Shown here in pieces: positions 33,987 through 46,675 of a stretch of DNA of 64,000 bases (position 1 is the first letter of the stretch; every line of letters starts with the position of its first letter). The notes beneath the pieces were generated by a model. The model was given only the letters and a program-made list of their open reading frames with translations. It was not told the DNA's origin and made no database searches. Source of the stretch: Takakia lepidozioides (lineage: Eukaryota; Plantae; Bryophyta); NCBI GenBank assembly GCA_030704615.1, contig CM060734.1, positions 39,680,001-39,744,000 on the forward strand. The letters are read 5' to 3'. The position numbers were made by a program, and so were the translations under genes.

Positions 33987-34675
33987 AAATAGGTTCCTTA
34001 AAAAGGCATCATGTGTGTTAAAAAAGACTTTCAGAGATGGACCGATGATTGATTGAGATGATAGAAGATGTAAGATCGGTGGGAATATAAGGAAACTGAT
34101 GCTTGAGACTATTTCTTAATGGCATGCTGCCGGTCAAAGGCTGGTATTTGCTCAAGTTCAAACAAGACATCTGCAGCAAGAAATGGCAAGGAAGTTCTCT
34201 TCCCAAGGCACGAAAGCCAGGGTGGAATGGTAAATCAATGGTGACGGTGTCCGTCACCATCCATTATGCATTCCATTGTGTATGTGCATATATGGAAAGG
34301 CCTTTCTGTGGTAATTCATAGATCAGCCGCTCTTTCTCATACACGTTAGTTAATGGGAATGAACAAGGTGTCATTAGGTAAAAAAAAATAGTGATAAAGG
34401 TGGTGATGTGCGGTGTGCCGCGGTAGTGGGCACGACGGAGTGCTCACGTAGGAGACTCAGCACTTTCTTGGGGCGCTCTTCAATCTCTCCTGCAGGGAGA
34501 GGCGAGGAGAGAGGGATTGTGTGAGGGAGCAAGCTGAGGTCCATGGGTGTAATTCATGGCGTTGGAAGTTGCTGGATCCTAGGCCGCAGTAGAAGCTGTG
34601 CACCGAGTGAGAGAGAGAGACGGGGAAACGCAGATCAGGTTGTTGGCAGGAAGCCATGTTGTTCCTACCCCCATC

Positions 34676-35923
34676 ATGAGTGAGGAGGGGTTCTTGGAGT
34701 TGATAGGGGAGGAGAGTAGAGTGGAAGGAAGACCGCCCAGAAGGAGGAGGAGCAGTATGAGGAGACAGTCGCAGTCTTTTAGCAAGAGTGGGAATGTGAC
34801 TGTTCGGGTTGTATGTTTGGCCGGTGGGGTAGTGTTTGGCTTTGGGGTCCTGCTGTACACGTCAGTGATCATGAGCCCAGCATTGTGGCATGTTATAGTC
34901 AAGGATGCAATGTGTGACCCGATGATGAAGGCCAGTAGTGTGGCTCACTACCACATGCCCACATATGTCAACGGCACGCGGGTCCTGTTTCCTGATGGTG
35001 CTCTTGCATGCCCGTGCCCGACACTGATGTCCTGCTGCATTGTGCGCCTTGTGGGGGACTCGGATTCTACTACAGATCCTTCTAATGGAGTGAAGGCCGC
35101 AATTGATGCTTCCAATTCAAGCGCCCCCAGTGTCCGATCGCATTCGAGCGACAACGAATCTCAAAAGATTACAGTATTGTTGGGTGTCCTTACCATGGCC
35201 TCCAAAATAGAGAGGCGAAACCTTCTTAGATTAGCGTACGGGGTGCAATCATCACAGGATGCACAAGTAACTTTGCGTTTTGTGTTAGGGAAGCCCAAAA
35301 CTGGGCAAGAGAGCACGCTGGTGGGGATGGAGAGCTTGCAGTACGGGGACATTATAGTATTGGATTGCGAGGAAAATTTGAATGAAGGGAAAACGTTCAA
35401 TTACTTTTCTACAGTAGCTGCCATGGGCATCCACTATGACTACGTGATGAAGGTTGATGACGACTCCTATGTGCGCATCGAAAACCTCGGTACATCCTTG
35501 AGAGAGCAACCGAGAAACGATGTCTATTATGGCTACATTCTGCCCTGTGAAAATACGGACCCATACGCGTGGTATATGGCGGGCATGGGCTACCTCATCT
35601 CGTGGGATCTGGTTCAGTGGATCCACGACTCACCCATACCCAGAAACAACACGAAAGGTACTGAAGACAAATTATTAGGAGATTGGTTGAACGCAGGGGG
35701 GAAGGCGAAGACACGCGTTAACAGGAAGCCTCAATTTTACGATCATCCGGAGTTTGGGGGCGCCTGTTCTCATGACTTGACTCCTGATACAATCCTCGTT
35801 CACCAAGTTAAAACCGCCCAGAGATGGGATCATGTTCTCTCTTATTTTGAGCATGACCGACTCTCTTCGAGCCCTGCAGTAGTCAATGTGGCAGCTGCCA
35901 GAGAGGCAGCTTTGCTTCCTTAA
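34676..35923 (+). CDS. GT31 family beta-1,3-galactosyltransferase-like type II membrane protein, intronless
   Basis: N-terminal TM segment; ERRNLLRLAYG, RFVLG, YGDIIVLDCEENLNEGKT..YF, DYVMKVDDDSY (DxD), YMAGMGYLISWDLV, EDK..G.WL, HQVK. Confidence 0.9.
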   Translation: MSEEGFLELIGEESRVEGRPPRRRRSSMRRQSQSFSKSGNVTVRVVCLAGGVVFGFGVLLYTSVIMSPALWHVIVKDAMCDPMMKASSVAHYHMPTYVNGTRVLFPDGALACPCPTLMSCCIVRLVGDSDSTTDPSNGVKAAIDASNSSAPSVRSHSSDNESQKITVLLGVLTMASKIERRNLLRLAYGVQSSQDAQVTLRFVLGKPKTGQESTLVGMESLQYGDIIVLDCEENLNEGKTFNYFSTVAAMGIHYDYVMKVDDDSYVRIENLGTSLREQPRNDVYYGYILPCENTDPYAWYMAGMGYLISWDLVQWIHDSPIPRNNTKGTEDKLLGDWLNAGGKAKTRVNRKPQFYDHPEFGGACSHDLTPDTILVHQVKTAQRWDHVLSYFEHDRLSSSPAVVNVAAAREAALLP

Positions 35924-37764
35924 CTTAGCCTTCAAAAGCCTGCACAGGATCTATTGTCCAGGTTCCTCTTACCTTTCAACATTTTACAAAGCCTCATTAT
36001 ATGTAGGTTTCGAATTCCTCTTTGACTCAGTGGCAAGTACCCAAGGGAATCCTCTTAAGCGGCTTCCAATCTCAGGCATTTATCATTTGGAATCAAGGTC
36101 GTTACAGTGTACATCCTCATCAACCCAGGTCCAAGATGTGGTAGTTGGCAAATGGGGCAGGGTATATTAAGCACGGAAGCACAAGGTTGAGTGATGCTAT
36201 ATCACCTTCCCGCACATGCTCTCCCAGTGTCAAGTGGGGTGGAGGTTTCAGTGAATTTAGAGCTGCCTGGGATGATGTTGGAAAATCTTTGGTTTTGAAA
36301 ATGTTGCTTAGGATACATTGTGGATTGGTGAACAGGTAGTTTGCGGTGAAGGGGCTTATTGTTCTTCACAATAACCTTCTGTACTTGCTCATGCTAGAAT
36401 GTCCGAGTCAATTTACCATACTTCTCAATTTGCTAGAGGCAGGGCAGTTGGATCAAGAAGTCTTGTGATCAACAACTACAGAGTGGGTATATGGTATGGG
36501 GATTTTTGTGGCAATAGATTATCATATGCAGAGTGACTGCAAGAAGTAATGATCTATGTGGAGACATTCACAATCTGATATTGGAAAAGATTCTTTAGAA
36601 GAGAGGTGGCCAGGCGCCTGTATGTGGATCAACTGAGAATAAGTTTGTCCCTATTGCCTCCCTGTGTGATTCTGCTTCCCTTCTGCCTTTTGTTTCCTAC
36701 TCTTCGGTTTCGCCATCTGTGTCATAACCTGCTATTACCTGCTATGACTTCCCTCGATTTCTGAAAGGCTCTTAGGAAGGAGTTTGACGCGCTTAAGTTA
36801 CACTTTCAAGAACCAACAAGAACACAAGTCCAGAGCTGAAGGGTTACAAGCACCATCACACTGGAATAATGATCTTATATGAAGGTCGACCTGTACAAAT
36901 CCAACCCTTGCAAAGGAAGAGCACAGTAAGTCTGTCCATGCCCCAAATACAGAGGGTAACAAAAATATCTTTAATGGGTAATTTGACAATTCTTGTGGGT
37001 AATCAATCTGTACAAATTGTTTGATGTGGGGACTTAATGTAAGCTATACTTTCCTGGCAATTAAAAAACCTAACCGCTTCGATAAGAATTATAAACATCA
37101 AGCCCTGGCCATTCAGTTGCCACAAAAAAATGCACTGCACCAACAAGAGCATAATTCCACAGCAGGAGGACTCCCTGGGCTTCTCAGTGGGGCATGCAGG
37201 GGCATTGCCCAACATGATTCTCCAAACAAAGGGTTCCACTTTCCCTTCTCTGCACAGCCTGCAAATTCTTGTGAACTCGAGGCGTATCAATCTGTACAAA
37301 TCGTTTGATGTACGGTGCTAATGTTACCTATACTTTCCTGGCATTAAAGAGCCAACAAGAAAACAAGTCCGCAGTGTTGGAAACTAGACCTGTCCTCTAC
37401 CTCCTAGAGATATTGACAGATAGCTTCTAGCACAAGCAGCAGTACAAAAACTAAGACTAAACCAACCAAAGAGTTAGTACTAACAAGAAGTGTCAATCCT
37501 AACAAGAATGCTCCTTACTGCAAAAGAAAGAACTTACAAAAGTAGATGCTGGACTTCTCCTCCTCTCTCTGCAATCTACTAGGATAGCACATCCAAAATG
37601 CTAGAAGAAGTACTAGGCATTGCCTCGCCTTTCCCTTAAATCCTACATGAGTTCTCTAGAAACTTCTAGTGGCTGGAACCTTCTGGTAGAACTATCCCTA
37701 GCCGTCAAGAAACCCTAACAGAACCCTAGCTAACTAAATCTGAGCTGACTTCTAACACTCCCAC

Positions 37765-39529
37765 TCAGCGAGGATTGAGGCTTAACCCAATCAGTTCCAT
37801 GCATCTAGAATGCTTTTCTTTGGATAGAGCCTTTGTGAGTGCATCAGCTGCCATGTCCTCAGTCCTACAGTAAACCAACACAATCTCCAAACCAATCATT
37901 TCTCTAATGAAATGATGTTTGATATCTATGTGCTTGGTCCGGGCATGATGAACAGGATTCTTGCTCAGCTCAATGCTGCTCCTGTTATCAGCATGCACTT
38001 TCGTTGGCTGTTCTTGACTGAAGCCAAGTTCACCAAGAAGCCTTCGAATCCAAATGGCTTCTTTAGCTGCATGAGTCAGAGCCATATACTCTGACTCAGT
38101 CGAGGATAGAGTAGTGGTCTGCTGTCTTTTGCTGCTCCAACTCACAGCACCTCCACTCATTACAAAGCAGTAGGCAGATATGGATCTCCTCTCATTTGTG
38201 TCTCCTGCCCAATCTGCATCACTGTATCCTTCTAGTGATGCTCCAGTGTCCTACTTGTTGTAAGTTAGACATGTATCCGCAGTCCCTTTCAAATATCTAA
38301 TCACCCTCTTGAGTGCTTTCCAATGTTGAGGTCCTGGGTTGTGCATGAACTTACTAGGCATTCCCACTGCATAGGCAATGTCTGGCCTGGTGCCAATCAT
38401 TGCATACATCATAGATCCCATGGCTTGCTGATATGGAACCTTAGCCATTTCCTCAATCTCACTTGGAGATTTTGGCTCCATTTCCTTACTCAGCTTGCAG
38501 CCGGTTTCCAATGGTGTTGGTGCTGGTTTGCAGTCCTGCATACCAAACTTCACAACAACATTCCTGACATACCTCTCTTGGCTCAACTTTATAGTTCTCG
38601 CCTTCGTGTCCCTCAGAATCTGAATTCCAAGTAGATAGTTCACGGCTCCAAGATCAACCATCTCAAAGGTTTCACTCAAATCATGCTTCTGCCTGCGCAT
38701 GGTATCCTTGTTGTCGCTGATCAGTAGCAAGTCATCCACATAGAGTGCTATTATCATGACACCTGATGTCATGTAGTAAATGCTCTGATCAGCTGTTCTC
38801 CTTACAAAACCTTGGCCTGTCAAGTAGCTATTGATCTTCTCATACCATGTCCTCGATGCCTGTTTGAGTCCATATAACGATTTCTTGAGCCGACACACCT
38901 TATCACCTTCTTGGAAACCTTCTGGTTGTTTCATGTAGATCTCCTCCTGGAGATCCCCATTCAAGAATGCAGTCTTCACATCCATGTGTTCTATCTCCCA
39001 GTCATGCTTCGCTGCCAATGCCAGCAAACATCGGATGGAGGTGAACTTTGCCACTGGGGCAAAAGTTTCATTGTAGTCAATCCTTGCAGTCCGTGTGAAG
39101 CCTCTGGCCACAAGTCTGGCCTTGTACTTCACTATCTCATTGTTGGGTCCTCTTTTCACTTTGAAAACCCACTTGCAATCTACCGCCTTTCTACCACCAG
39201 GCAGTGTTACCAGCTCCCAAGTCTGGTTTTTTTTCAGGGATTTCATCTCCTCTAGTACAGCTCCCTCCCACTCATTGGCATCATCCCTTGCCAAAGCGTC
39301 ATTGAGGGTGGCTAGCTCCTCTGCATCATCAAGGGCATGGAAACAACTTTCCATCTGCCCTATGTCATCCATAGTCAGACCAGTCAGTCCTTCTGCCACA
39401 TTAACTCCAAACCTTTCTGGGGGTTTGCTGATCCTTCCTGACCTTCTAGGCCCCCCACCCTTGTCAATAGGATCCCGATCTTCAGAATCTTCATCCTCTT
39501 CTGGTTTCTTCGCCACCTTCTCCCTTCGA
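37765..39529 (-). pseudogene. Copia reverse transcriptase + RNase H, one in-frame stop at 38251
   Basis: KWVFK.K..YKARLVARG, HMDVKTAFLNG, SLYGLKQA, LYVDDLL, TRPDI, GYSDADWAGD, RTKHIDIKHHF. Confidence 0.92.
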
Positions 39530-40820
39530 AAGCTGACTAGGGGTAGCTCAAGTATGGACGATGCCCTGATGGCTACTTCCATCAAGAAAGATAGAGCATG
39601 TTTCCGATGCGGCAAATTTGGGCATTTCCAGAAGGACTGCAAGGTGAAGATTGACAAGTCCAAGAAGGACAAGTGGAGACCAAGGAAAGAGAAGTCTGTA
39701 CATGCACATGTCGCTGACATGGGCAACGACAGTGAAGTTCACCTGTTTATGGCAGATGCAGCTTACAGTCGTGATGAAGACTACCTGCTGACTACTGAAG
39801 GAGAACACTGTGGAGATGAGTGGTATTTGGACTCTGGAGCTACTAACCACATGTGTGGGAGGAAGGAGTTGTTTCACAACTTGAACCCATTCAGCCTAAG
39901 AACGTAAAGATGGGCAACAAGACGTTTTCTGTAAGTATGATGATGGGAAAAATCCCTGTCAACTTTATCAGAAAAGAGAGTAAGGTTACCCGTTGTACCC
40001 TTCAGAAAGTCCTATATGTGCCAGACTTGGCAAAGAATTTGATCTCTGTTAGTACCTTGGATGAGCTTGGGTATGATGTCATTTTCAGAAACAATGCTTG
40101 CAGCATCCAGAAGGGCAACGAGGAACTCTGCTATGGAGTGAAGGAGCAGAGACTCTACAAGCTTTTGAGTACATCTGGAACTCGGGAGGAGGCCAATGTT
40201 GGGGACACAATGGACACTGCACCATTGTGGCATAGAAGGTTGGGTCACTTGGGGACACAAGCGATCAAGGATCTTCAAAAGTTGGCGTTGGGACTGAATG
40301 TGGACTGGTCACATGAACTACAGTTCTGTGAAGGATGTGCTAAAGGGAAATAGCACAAGTCATCAATGCCCAAGGAATCTGCCACAAGAGCCAAGGAGAG
40401 GCTGGAGTTGATACACACAGATGTGTGTAGCCCCATGAAGACAACATCGCCGGGAGGATCTAGGTACTTTGTCACCTTCACTGATGACATGAGTAGAAAG
40501 ACTTTCTTATTTCCCTTGAGAGAGAAAGGTCAAGTGCTACAGGTCTTTAAGCAATTTGTGCATGAAGTAGAAAACCAGCTGGACCTCAGGTTCTGAGGAG
40601 CGATGGCGGGGGGGAATTCCTAAATCAGGAATTCAAAAACTATCTTGCTGAGAAAGGCATAAAGAGCCAAGTAACAGCGAGGGACAGTCCAGCCCATAAT
40701 GGAGTGGCAGAGAGATTAAACAGAACATTGGTTGAGAAGGCTAGATGTATGTTACAGACCTCAAGCCTTGGACCAGAGTTTTGGGGAGAGGCAATCAGCA
40801 CTGCCACCTATCTGAAAAAT
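39530..40820 (+). pseudogene. Inverted copia segment: gag zinc knuckle, protease, GAG-pre-integrase, integrase core
   Basis: CFRCGKFGHFQKDC, WYLDSGATNHM, LWHRRLGH, CEGCAKGK, LIHTDVC, NGVAERLNRTL. It is on the opposite strand to RT and carries frameshifts and stops. Confidence 0.9.
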
Positions 40821-42256
40821 GACATCATACCCAAGCTCATCCAAGGTACTAACAGAGATCAGATTCTTTGCCAAGTCTGGCACATATAGGACTTTCTGAA
40901 GGGTACAACGGGTAACCTTACTCTCTTTTCTAATAAAGTTGACAGGGATTTCTCCTATCATCGTACTTACAAAAAACGTCTTGTTGCCCATCTTTACGCT
41001 CCTAGGCCGAATGGGTTTCAAGTTGTGAAACAACTCCTTCCTTCCACACATGTGGTTAGTAGCTCCAGAGTCCAAATACCACTCATCTCCACAGTGTTCT
41101 CCTTCAGTAGTCAGCAGGTAGTCTTCATCACGACTGTAAGCTGCATCTGCCATAAACAGGTGAACTTCACCGTCGTTGCCCATGTCAGCGACATGTGCAT
41201 GTACAGACTTCCCTTTCCTTGGTCTCCACTTGTCCTTCTTGGACTTGTCAATCTTCATCCTCTTCTGGTTTCTTCGCCACCTTCTCCCTTCGAGTGTAAA
41301 CCTTTACTACTGGTTGTTCCCCTTTTTTTTCTCCCACATCAGGGATTATCACAGGTACGGACAGGTCCTTGGGCTTTGTCTCCTTCCCAAAACTATCCTC
41401 ATCAAACAGGACATCTCTACTCCTGATTGACCTCTTGGTTCTAGGATTGTAGACCTTGTACCCCTTGCATCCCAGATCATACCCAATGAAGATACATCTT
41501 TCTGACTTGGCATCCAACTTGCTCCTTTGCTCGTCAGGTATCAATGCATAAGCAGCATAACCAAAAACTCTTAGATGCTTCAGGTTTGGCTTCTTCCCAC
41601 TCCACGCCTCCTCTGGAGTCATGTCTTTCAATCCTCTGGAGTCATGTCTTTCAAAGCTCGCGTGGGACTCAAATTTTTCAGATAGGTGGCGGAAGCGTGG
41701 TGGGCCCATAACCTGTTGGAAACTAGACCTGTCCTCTACCTCCTAGAGATATTGACAGATAGCTTCTAGCACAAGCAGCAGTACAAAAACTGACAGCCTA
41801 AACCAACCAAAGAGTTAGTACTAACAAGAAGTGTCAGTCCTAACAAGAATGCTCCTTACTGCAAAAGAAAGAACTTACAAAAGTAGATGCTGGACTTCTT
41901 CTCCTCCTCTCTCTGCAATCTACTAGGATAGCACATCCAAAATGCTAGAAGAAGTACTGGGCATTGCCTCGCCTTTCCCTTAAATCCTACATGAGTTCTC
42001 TAGAAACTTCTGGTGGCTGGAACCTTCTGGTAGAACTATCCCTAGCCGTCAAAAAACCCTAACAGAACCCTAGCTAACTAAATCTGAGCTGACTTCTCAC
42101 ACGCAGAAGGACTCCCCTCGGTCCGGCATACCCAACATGATTCTCCAAACTACAGGGTTCCACTTTCCCCTCTGTGAGTAGCATGGCAGAACCAGCGGTA
42201 GTAAGAAAGGCCCACCTAACTTTATGTAGGATCTTGCCATCAGAGGATTGATTCAA

Positions 42257-45200
42257 TCAGGATCCATTACAAAGCAAGCCGTAGACCATGAGAGTAATGC
42301 CGAACTGAGGGCTAGTCCGCATGACACGCACAAGGCTTCCCTTGAAGAGAGCTTGAGGTCCTTCTCTTTGCAAAAGAAGCTGTAGACATTGCCACCAGTC
42401 TTGGCACAGTTCTTCTCCAGGAGCTGGTTCTTTCTGTTACACCCCACATAATTTTGGATCATGTTAAGGAATTGGATGAGAAGGTCTCATAATCCGCATA
42501 CAATTGCAACTACAGCAGTGGACGATCTCAGCTTCACTATGTATCAGCACAATTTGTGCTACAACTGGCACCTGTTATGAAACCTTATAATCAAAGGAAC
42601 TAGCAATGTATTGCACTGTTAGTGCTTGACACCATTGTAGCCCCCATATGGCAGCCCCGGTTGCTTAATCAGTCAGAACCTGTCTATTACTGTGATATTT
42701 AGAAACAGAACAACCATACTAAGAGAATTTCATGCGAGCAACAGGGGAGTCAAATGCCTGCCTACAGCTAGTTCAACAAAAGCCAACCCTTTTCAAAACA
42801 GCAACAATTGAATAAAGCAAACAAACTCTCAGAAGTTATCTGAAAGGGAATTCCTAGACAAACCAGGCATTGTACCTGTAAACGAGTTTTGATGATGTCC
42901 ATGGGTGTGACGAGGACTGTGGCAGGGATGGCTGCTACACATCCTGCCATGAAGCTTTGGTCTGGATAGAGCTGCCGTAGCAGCGCATAACATGCAAAGA
43001 AGATGGCAGAACTTGGGACATCACGAGCCATGGTGATGCCAGCCCCACTATACAGGCCCTGTACTCCAAGCTCTTTGATGACATCCCAGGTGTTTTTTGG
43101 TGCTCCTTCTTTGGACTGTGTCTGCAGCCGTACTTTCACGATCTCCATCGGGTTGGTGAAGACAACCTATGCACACACCAGAAATACGGTCAGAACTGAA
43201 ACCAGACTAGATTGATCACAAACAAAGAACTGTTTGTTTTAAACTAGCTGGACATACCACCAGAAGTAATAGTAAAGTCTTTTCTTGTGACTTTGTTGTG
43301 CTGCACAGCCTGACAAAAAGAGTGGCACTGGTTGTGGATGTTAGGTATATACTGCCAAAAATAACTCCCTGATATAGCAGAGAAATTCAGGTTTAAGGTA
43401 ACCAAATGATACACCATATTGAAGGCAACAGTAAACTCTATTAAAGAAGAAACAAAACACTTAAAGAGAACAGTGGAACAACTGCCAAAAAGGCTACACA
43501 CACATGAGGCACTAAGCTTCATTTGGATGGATAGAGCTTTCCTCCACTCATTCCACCTATTGTGATCCTAGTCTTTGAAAACTACACTACAATCCTAGAA
43601 AGATGCAGTAAACTGCGGCCTAGTTGGCAGGTGAAAGATATACACACCTGCGAGAAACCCCCACCTCCACCTGCAATAAACTCAAGGGCCCAGATTCGTG
43701 CTCCGGGCATCATTGTCTCTAGCATCTCCATCAACAGCTCATTCACTGTCAGTTTCATTGCCTGAAGCATCCAACACCAAACAAATGTACTCATTTTAGT
43801 CAACTACAGACGGTAACCAAGAGTGAGAACAGGTGATTGTCTCCTAAATACCTTTGAGGGCAGTAAGTTGCAAGCATTCCATACGTGGAAAACACTTCAA
43901 GCAGCTTCAACTCATATCTTCAAAGAAAAAGAGAAACAATAGAATGAACCGAATGAAACACAAGGAAGGGACTTTGCACGCAGGAAGAAAGACATGAAGT
44001 GAGAGAGACACAACACAATTATACATCTAGGGAAAACCTAGAAGCTTCAGCGACAAGAAACAAAAAAACAGACAATGGTGTTCATAAGACTTGCTTGCGG
44101 GAGCCTTGTGGCCAATGATTCTCATGCCGAGTTTGGAAAAGAGCGAGAAGAGAGAGAAAAAAAAAGAGAGATGCACCTTCTCTGGAGCTATGCCAAGGAG
44201 TTGTGGGAGCAGACCACTGTAGAGAGATGCAGGCCCCTCATTAGCTAGCAGCTGCTGGAGACAGTCAAGCTCATCCTTGTACATCGGTTTCTCTCCTTTC
44301 TTCTGCAACCCATCACACAAAACTGGATGAAACTTCTGCATGCATAGATATATCAATGTGGAGCCTAGCAAACTCTGAACTCACATCTGACAGGTAACCA
44401 AAGATAAATTGACATCCAAGTGACAACCCATCACTACTGCACAGGCAAAGAAAGGACCCACTGATAAGTATGTTGCAATACCAAAATCCAGTGCCATAAC
44501 ATTGCAATTGACTCTGCTAGTAGATTTTCCCACAGCTGACACCATCCTCTTGAGAAGATTTTTTTTTTTCCTCAGATTTTCAGGGTGGGTAGTTTGCAGA
44601 TCCAGCATCGACACATGGAAGTCTAGTTTCTTCAGATTGAGTTGGGTTAAAAGCATACATGCAGCTGTGATTGCACTTGTGATTGAGAAAGGGCACAGAG
44701 AGAGAGAGGAGAGACTGACTTGCCCCACAGTGGGCTTAACTCCCTCCACAAAAAGCAACTGCAGTCAGCACCTGTAAAGTATACTGCCTTGGCCTAATCA
44801 AAACTTTGTTCCCATTTATTCTAAAGTTTGATCGGCCTGCAGGCAATGTCATTGTGCCACAATGAACTCACTTTTACGAGGGGCGAATCCTGTGAATAGA
44901 TCTCAGTGTAAAAACAATGTACCCGATACTTCTGTTGTACACAATAGAGTACACTACTTCGGTTTTCATATTGCAGAACTCTCTTCCATGATTCCATGAC
45001 TACCCACCACTCTGAAGCTACCTTGGACGAAATAGGGATAATTCTCTCTTCATCTAAGGGCCAGAGACACAGTAATCTACTTAGCTCTCAGGTTTCTATC
45101 TATGAACAATTTGAACTGTTTATTTGTCAAGGGGAAAAAGGATAACATGCATGATTTCTTTTCTCTGGTGGTGAGAGATGTTTAAAACAGCTTGGGATTG

Positions 45201-46675
45201 TCAGCACGCTCCTGCTAGACTATGGCATCTGTGTTGTGGCAAAGGACTCCACTTATCAGTAATCACTCCCCCTTTCTCTACCTCCCCCCTCTGCGTCAAC
45301 CCCCCCCCCCCAGCGCCCAGCAACAAGACAAGTAGGCCATCCAAACGCTTACAGAGTTCTGTGCCTGCATGCGAGTTTTAATGGTGTCAAGAGGGTACAC
45401 AATTGTAGCGCCCAGGGCCCCCGCCACCCCCCCTCCGCCGAAATGCTGGATTGCCCTAGCCAACACACTCGCCCCAGTAACCGGTCCCTGTGCATGCAGC
45501 ACCGTCAAGGAGGTTGTAAGAGCTGTTCCCCCTGTCGAAGCTACGACCCTGCTTGCAGCAGAGGCGGCGGACGCAACAGAACCCAAAGCTGCAACGGCAA
45601 CAATATCTGAGGCTGGCGACGCTTTCCTTCCCACCACCGTTTCAGGCACACATTTCTGGATTGTTTGAGTTAGAGGGACCACCCCACTCTCTTCGCCGAA
45701 TGTAGTTGACTGTCGGGGCTGTTTTCTTGAGTCAAAACCGTCTTCAACGACTTGCGACCTGGCAAGTTCGCTTTCTAAACCAATGGTACTCAGGTTCCGA
45801 GATTCCATAAGTGAAGGATACTCCCGCGACTGGGAAATCCCCCATGTGTCCCTTTGAATTTGTAAATCTGCTTGTAGATCTAACTGCACCCTTTCTTCCA
45901 GCTGCACTCCCAAAGAATCTGACACTTGCTCGGGCTCTGCAATTCGTTGAATGACTGGTTCAGCTATGGCTGCCGAAGAAAGGGAGAGGGTGAACAGCCC
46001 AGCTACCGCTGCCGCTGCTACGGTTGCTCTCCTCCTTTCCCAACTTGATACACCTTGCCCTTCACAAATTCTGTTGCTAAGTACTCCTGATGTGAGCGGA
46101 GACTTTTGCAATTCGCTATAAAGCTTTGTCAGTGCCCTTTTGCCAGTCGCACTATGAAATGGCCTAGAGCCCTGCGATGATCTTCTTCTATCCTCCTCCA
46201 AAGTCGGCAGTTTTGAATACGCACCGCCATTGAGTGATCGTCGACTATCTGCTAGACCTGCTGATAATCTAGACCAGTGATTGTAATCACCAATAACCCT
46301 CCCAGGCAGCACCTGCTTCCCACCCCGTTTCTTCAAGTGAAATTTCTCTTCCTTTAGTATGGCAAACATCCATTCTTGACTGAGAGCACCCGTAGAATAT
46401 AGAGCAATTTGTTCCACTGAAGAAGTTCCAGAATGTGATGATGATACGCTGGAGGCGCCACAACCACAGCAAACCCTGCCTTCACCTCCATAGCCCCTGT
46501 GACGCAATCTATTATCCATATCTTTCCTCATAGCCTCTTCCGGCCCTCCTCTATCACTTGATGCAATCTGGCTTTTGCTTCCAGCCATGCCCCACCTCTC
46601 CATGTCTCTCTCATGGCCTGCCAGTCCGAATACTGAGACTGCGTTGTAGGCGCTGGAGAGCATAGCATTTTCCAT
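42257..46675 (-). CDS. Mitochondrial carrier family protein, aspartate/glutamate carrier (aralar/citrin/AGC1)-like, with ~410-aa N-terminal extension, 5 exons
   Basis: Exons 46675-45353, 44302-44177, ~43761-43648, ~43166-42876 and ~42432-42257. Three Px[DE]xxKxR signatures ([33 protein letters not shown]). AGC-like [41 protein letters not shown]. Confidence 0.85.

Larger units (their letters stand above)
37375..42101 (-). mobile_element. Ty1/copia LTR retrotransposon with rearranged interior
   Basis: LTRs 37375-37757 and 41714-42101 (TG...CA). 5-bp TSD CGCAG (37370-37374, 42102-42106). PBS GGTTATGGGCCC on the minus strand (41713-41702). PPT AGTGGGAG next to the left LTR. Confidence 0.95.
37003..42175. 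repeat. ~284-bp diverged tandem duplication whose second unit is split by the copia element
   Basis: TCAATCTGTACAAAT.GTTTGATG at 37003 and 37287. CCCAACATGATTCTCCAAAC..GGGTTCCACTTTCCC at ~37208 and ~42130. Confidence 0.7.

Noticed and set aside
38251-39726. 491-aa ORF as an intact polyprotein
   Set aside because: Its first ~65 aa are the antisense of the inverted gag block; the fusion results from the rearrangement junction.
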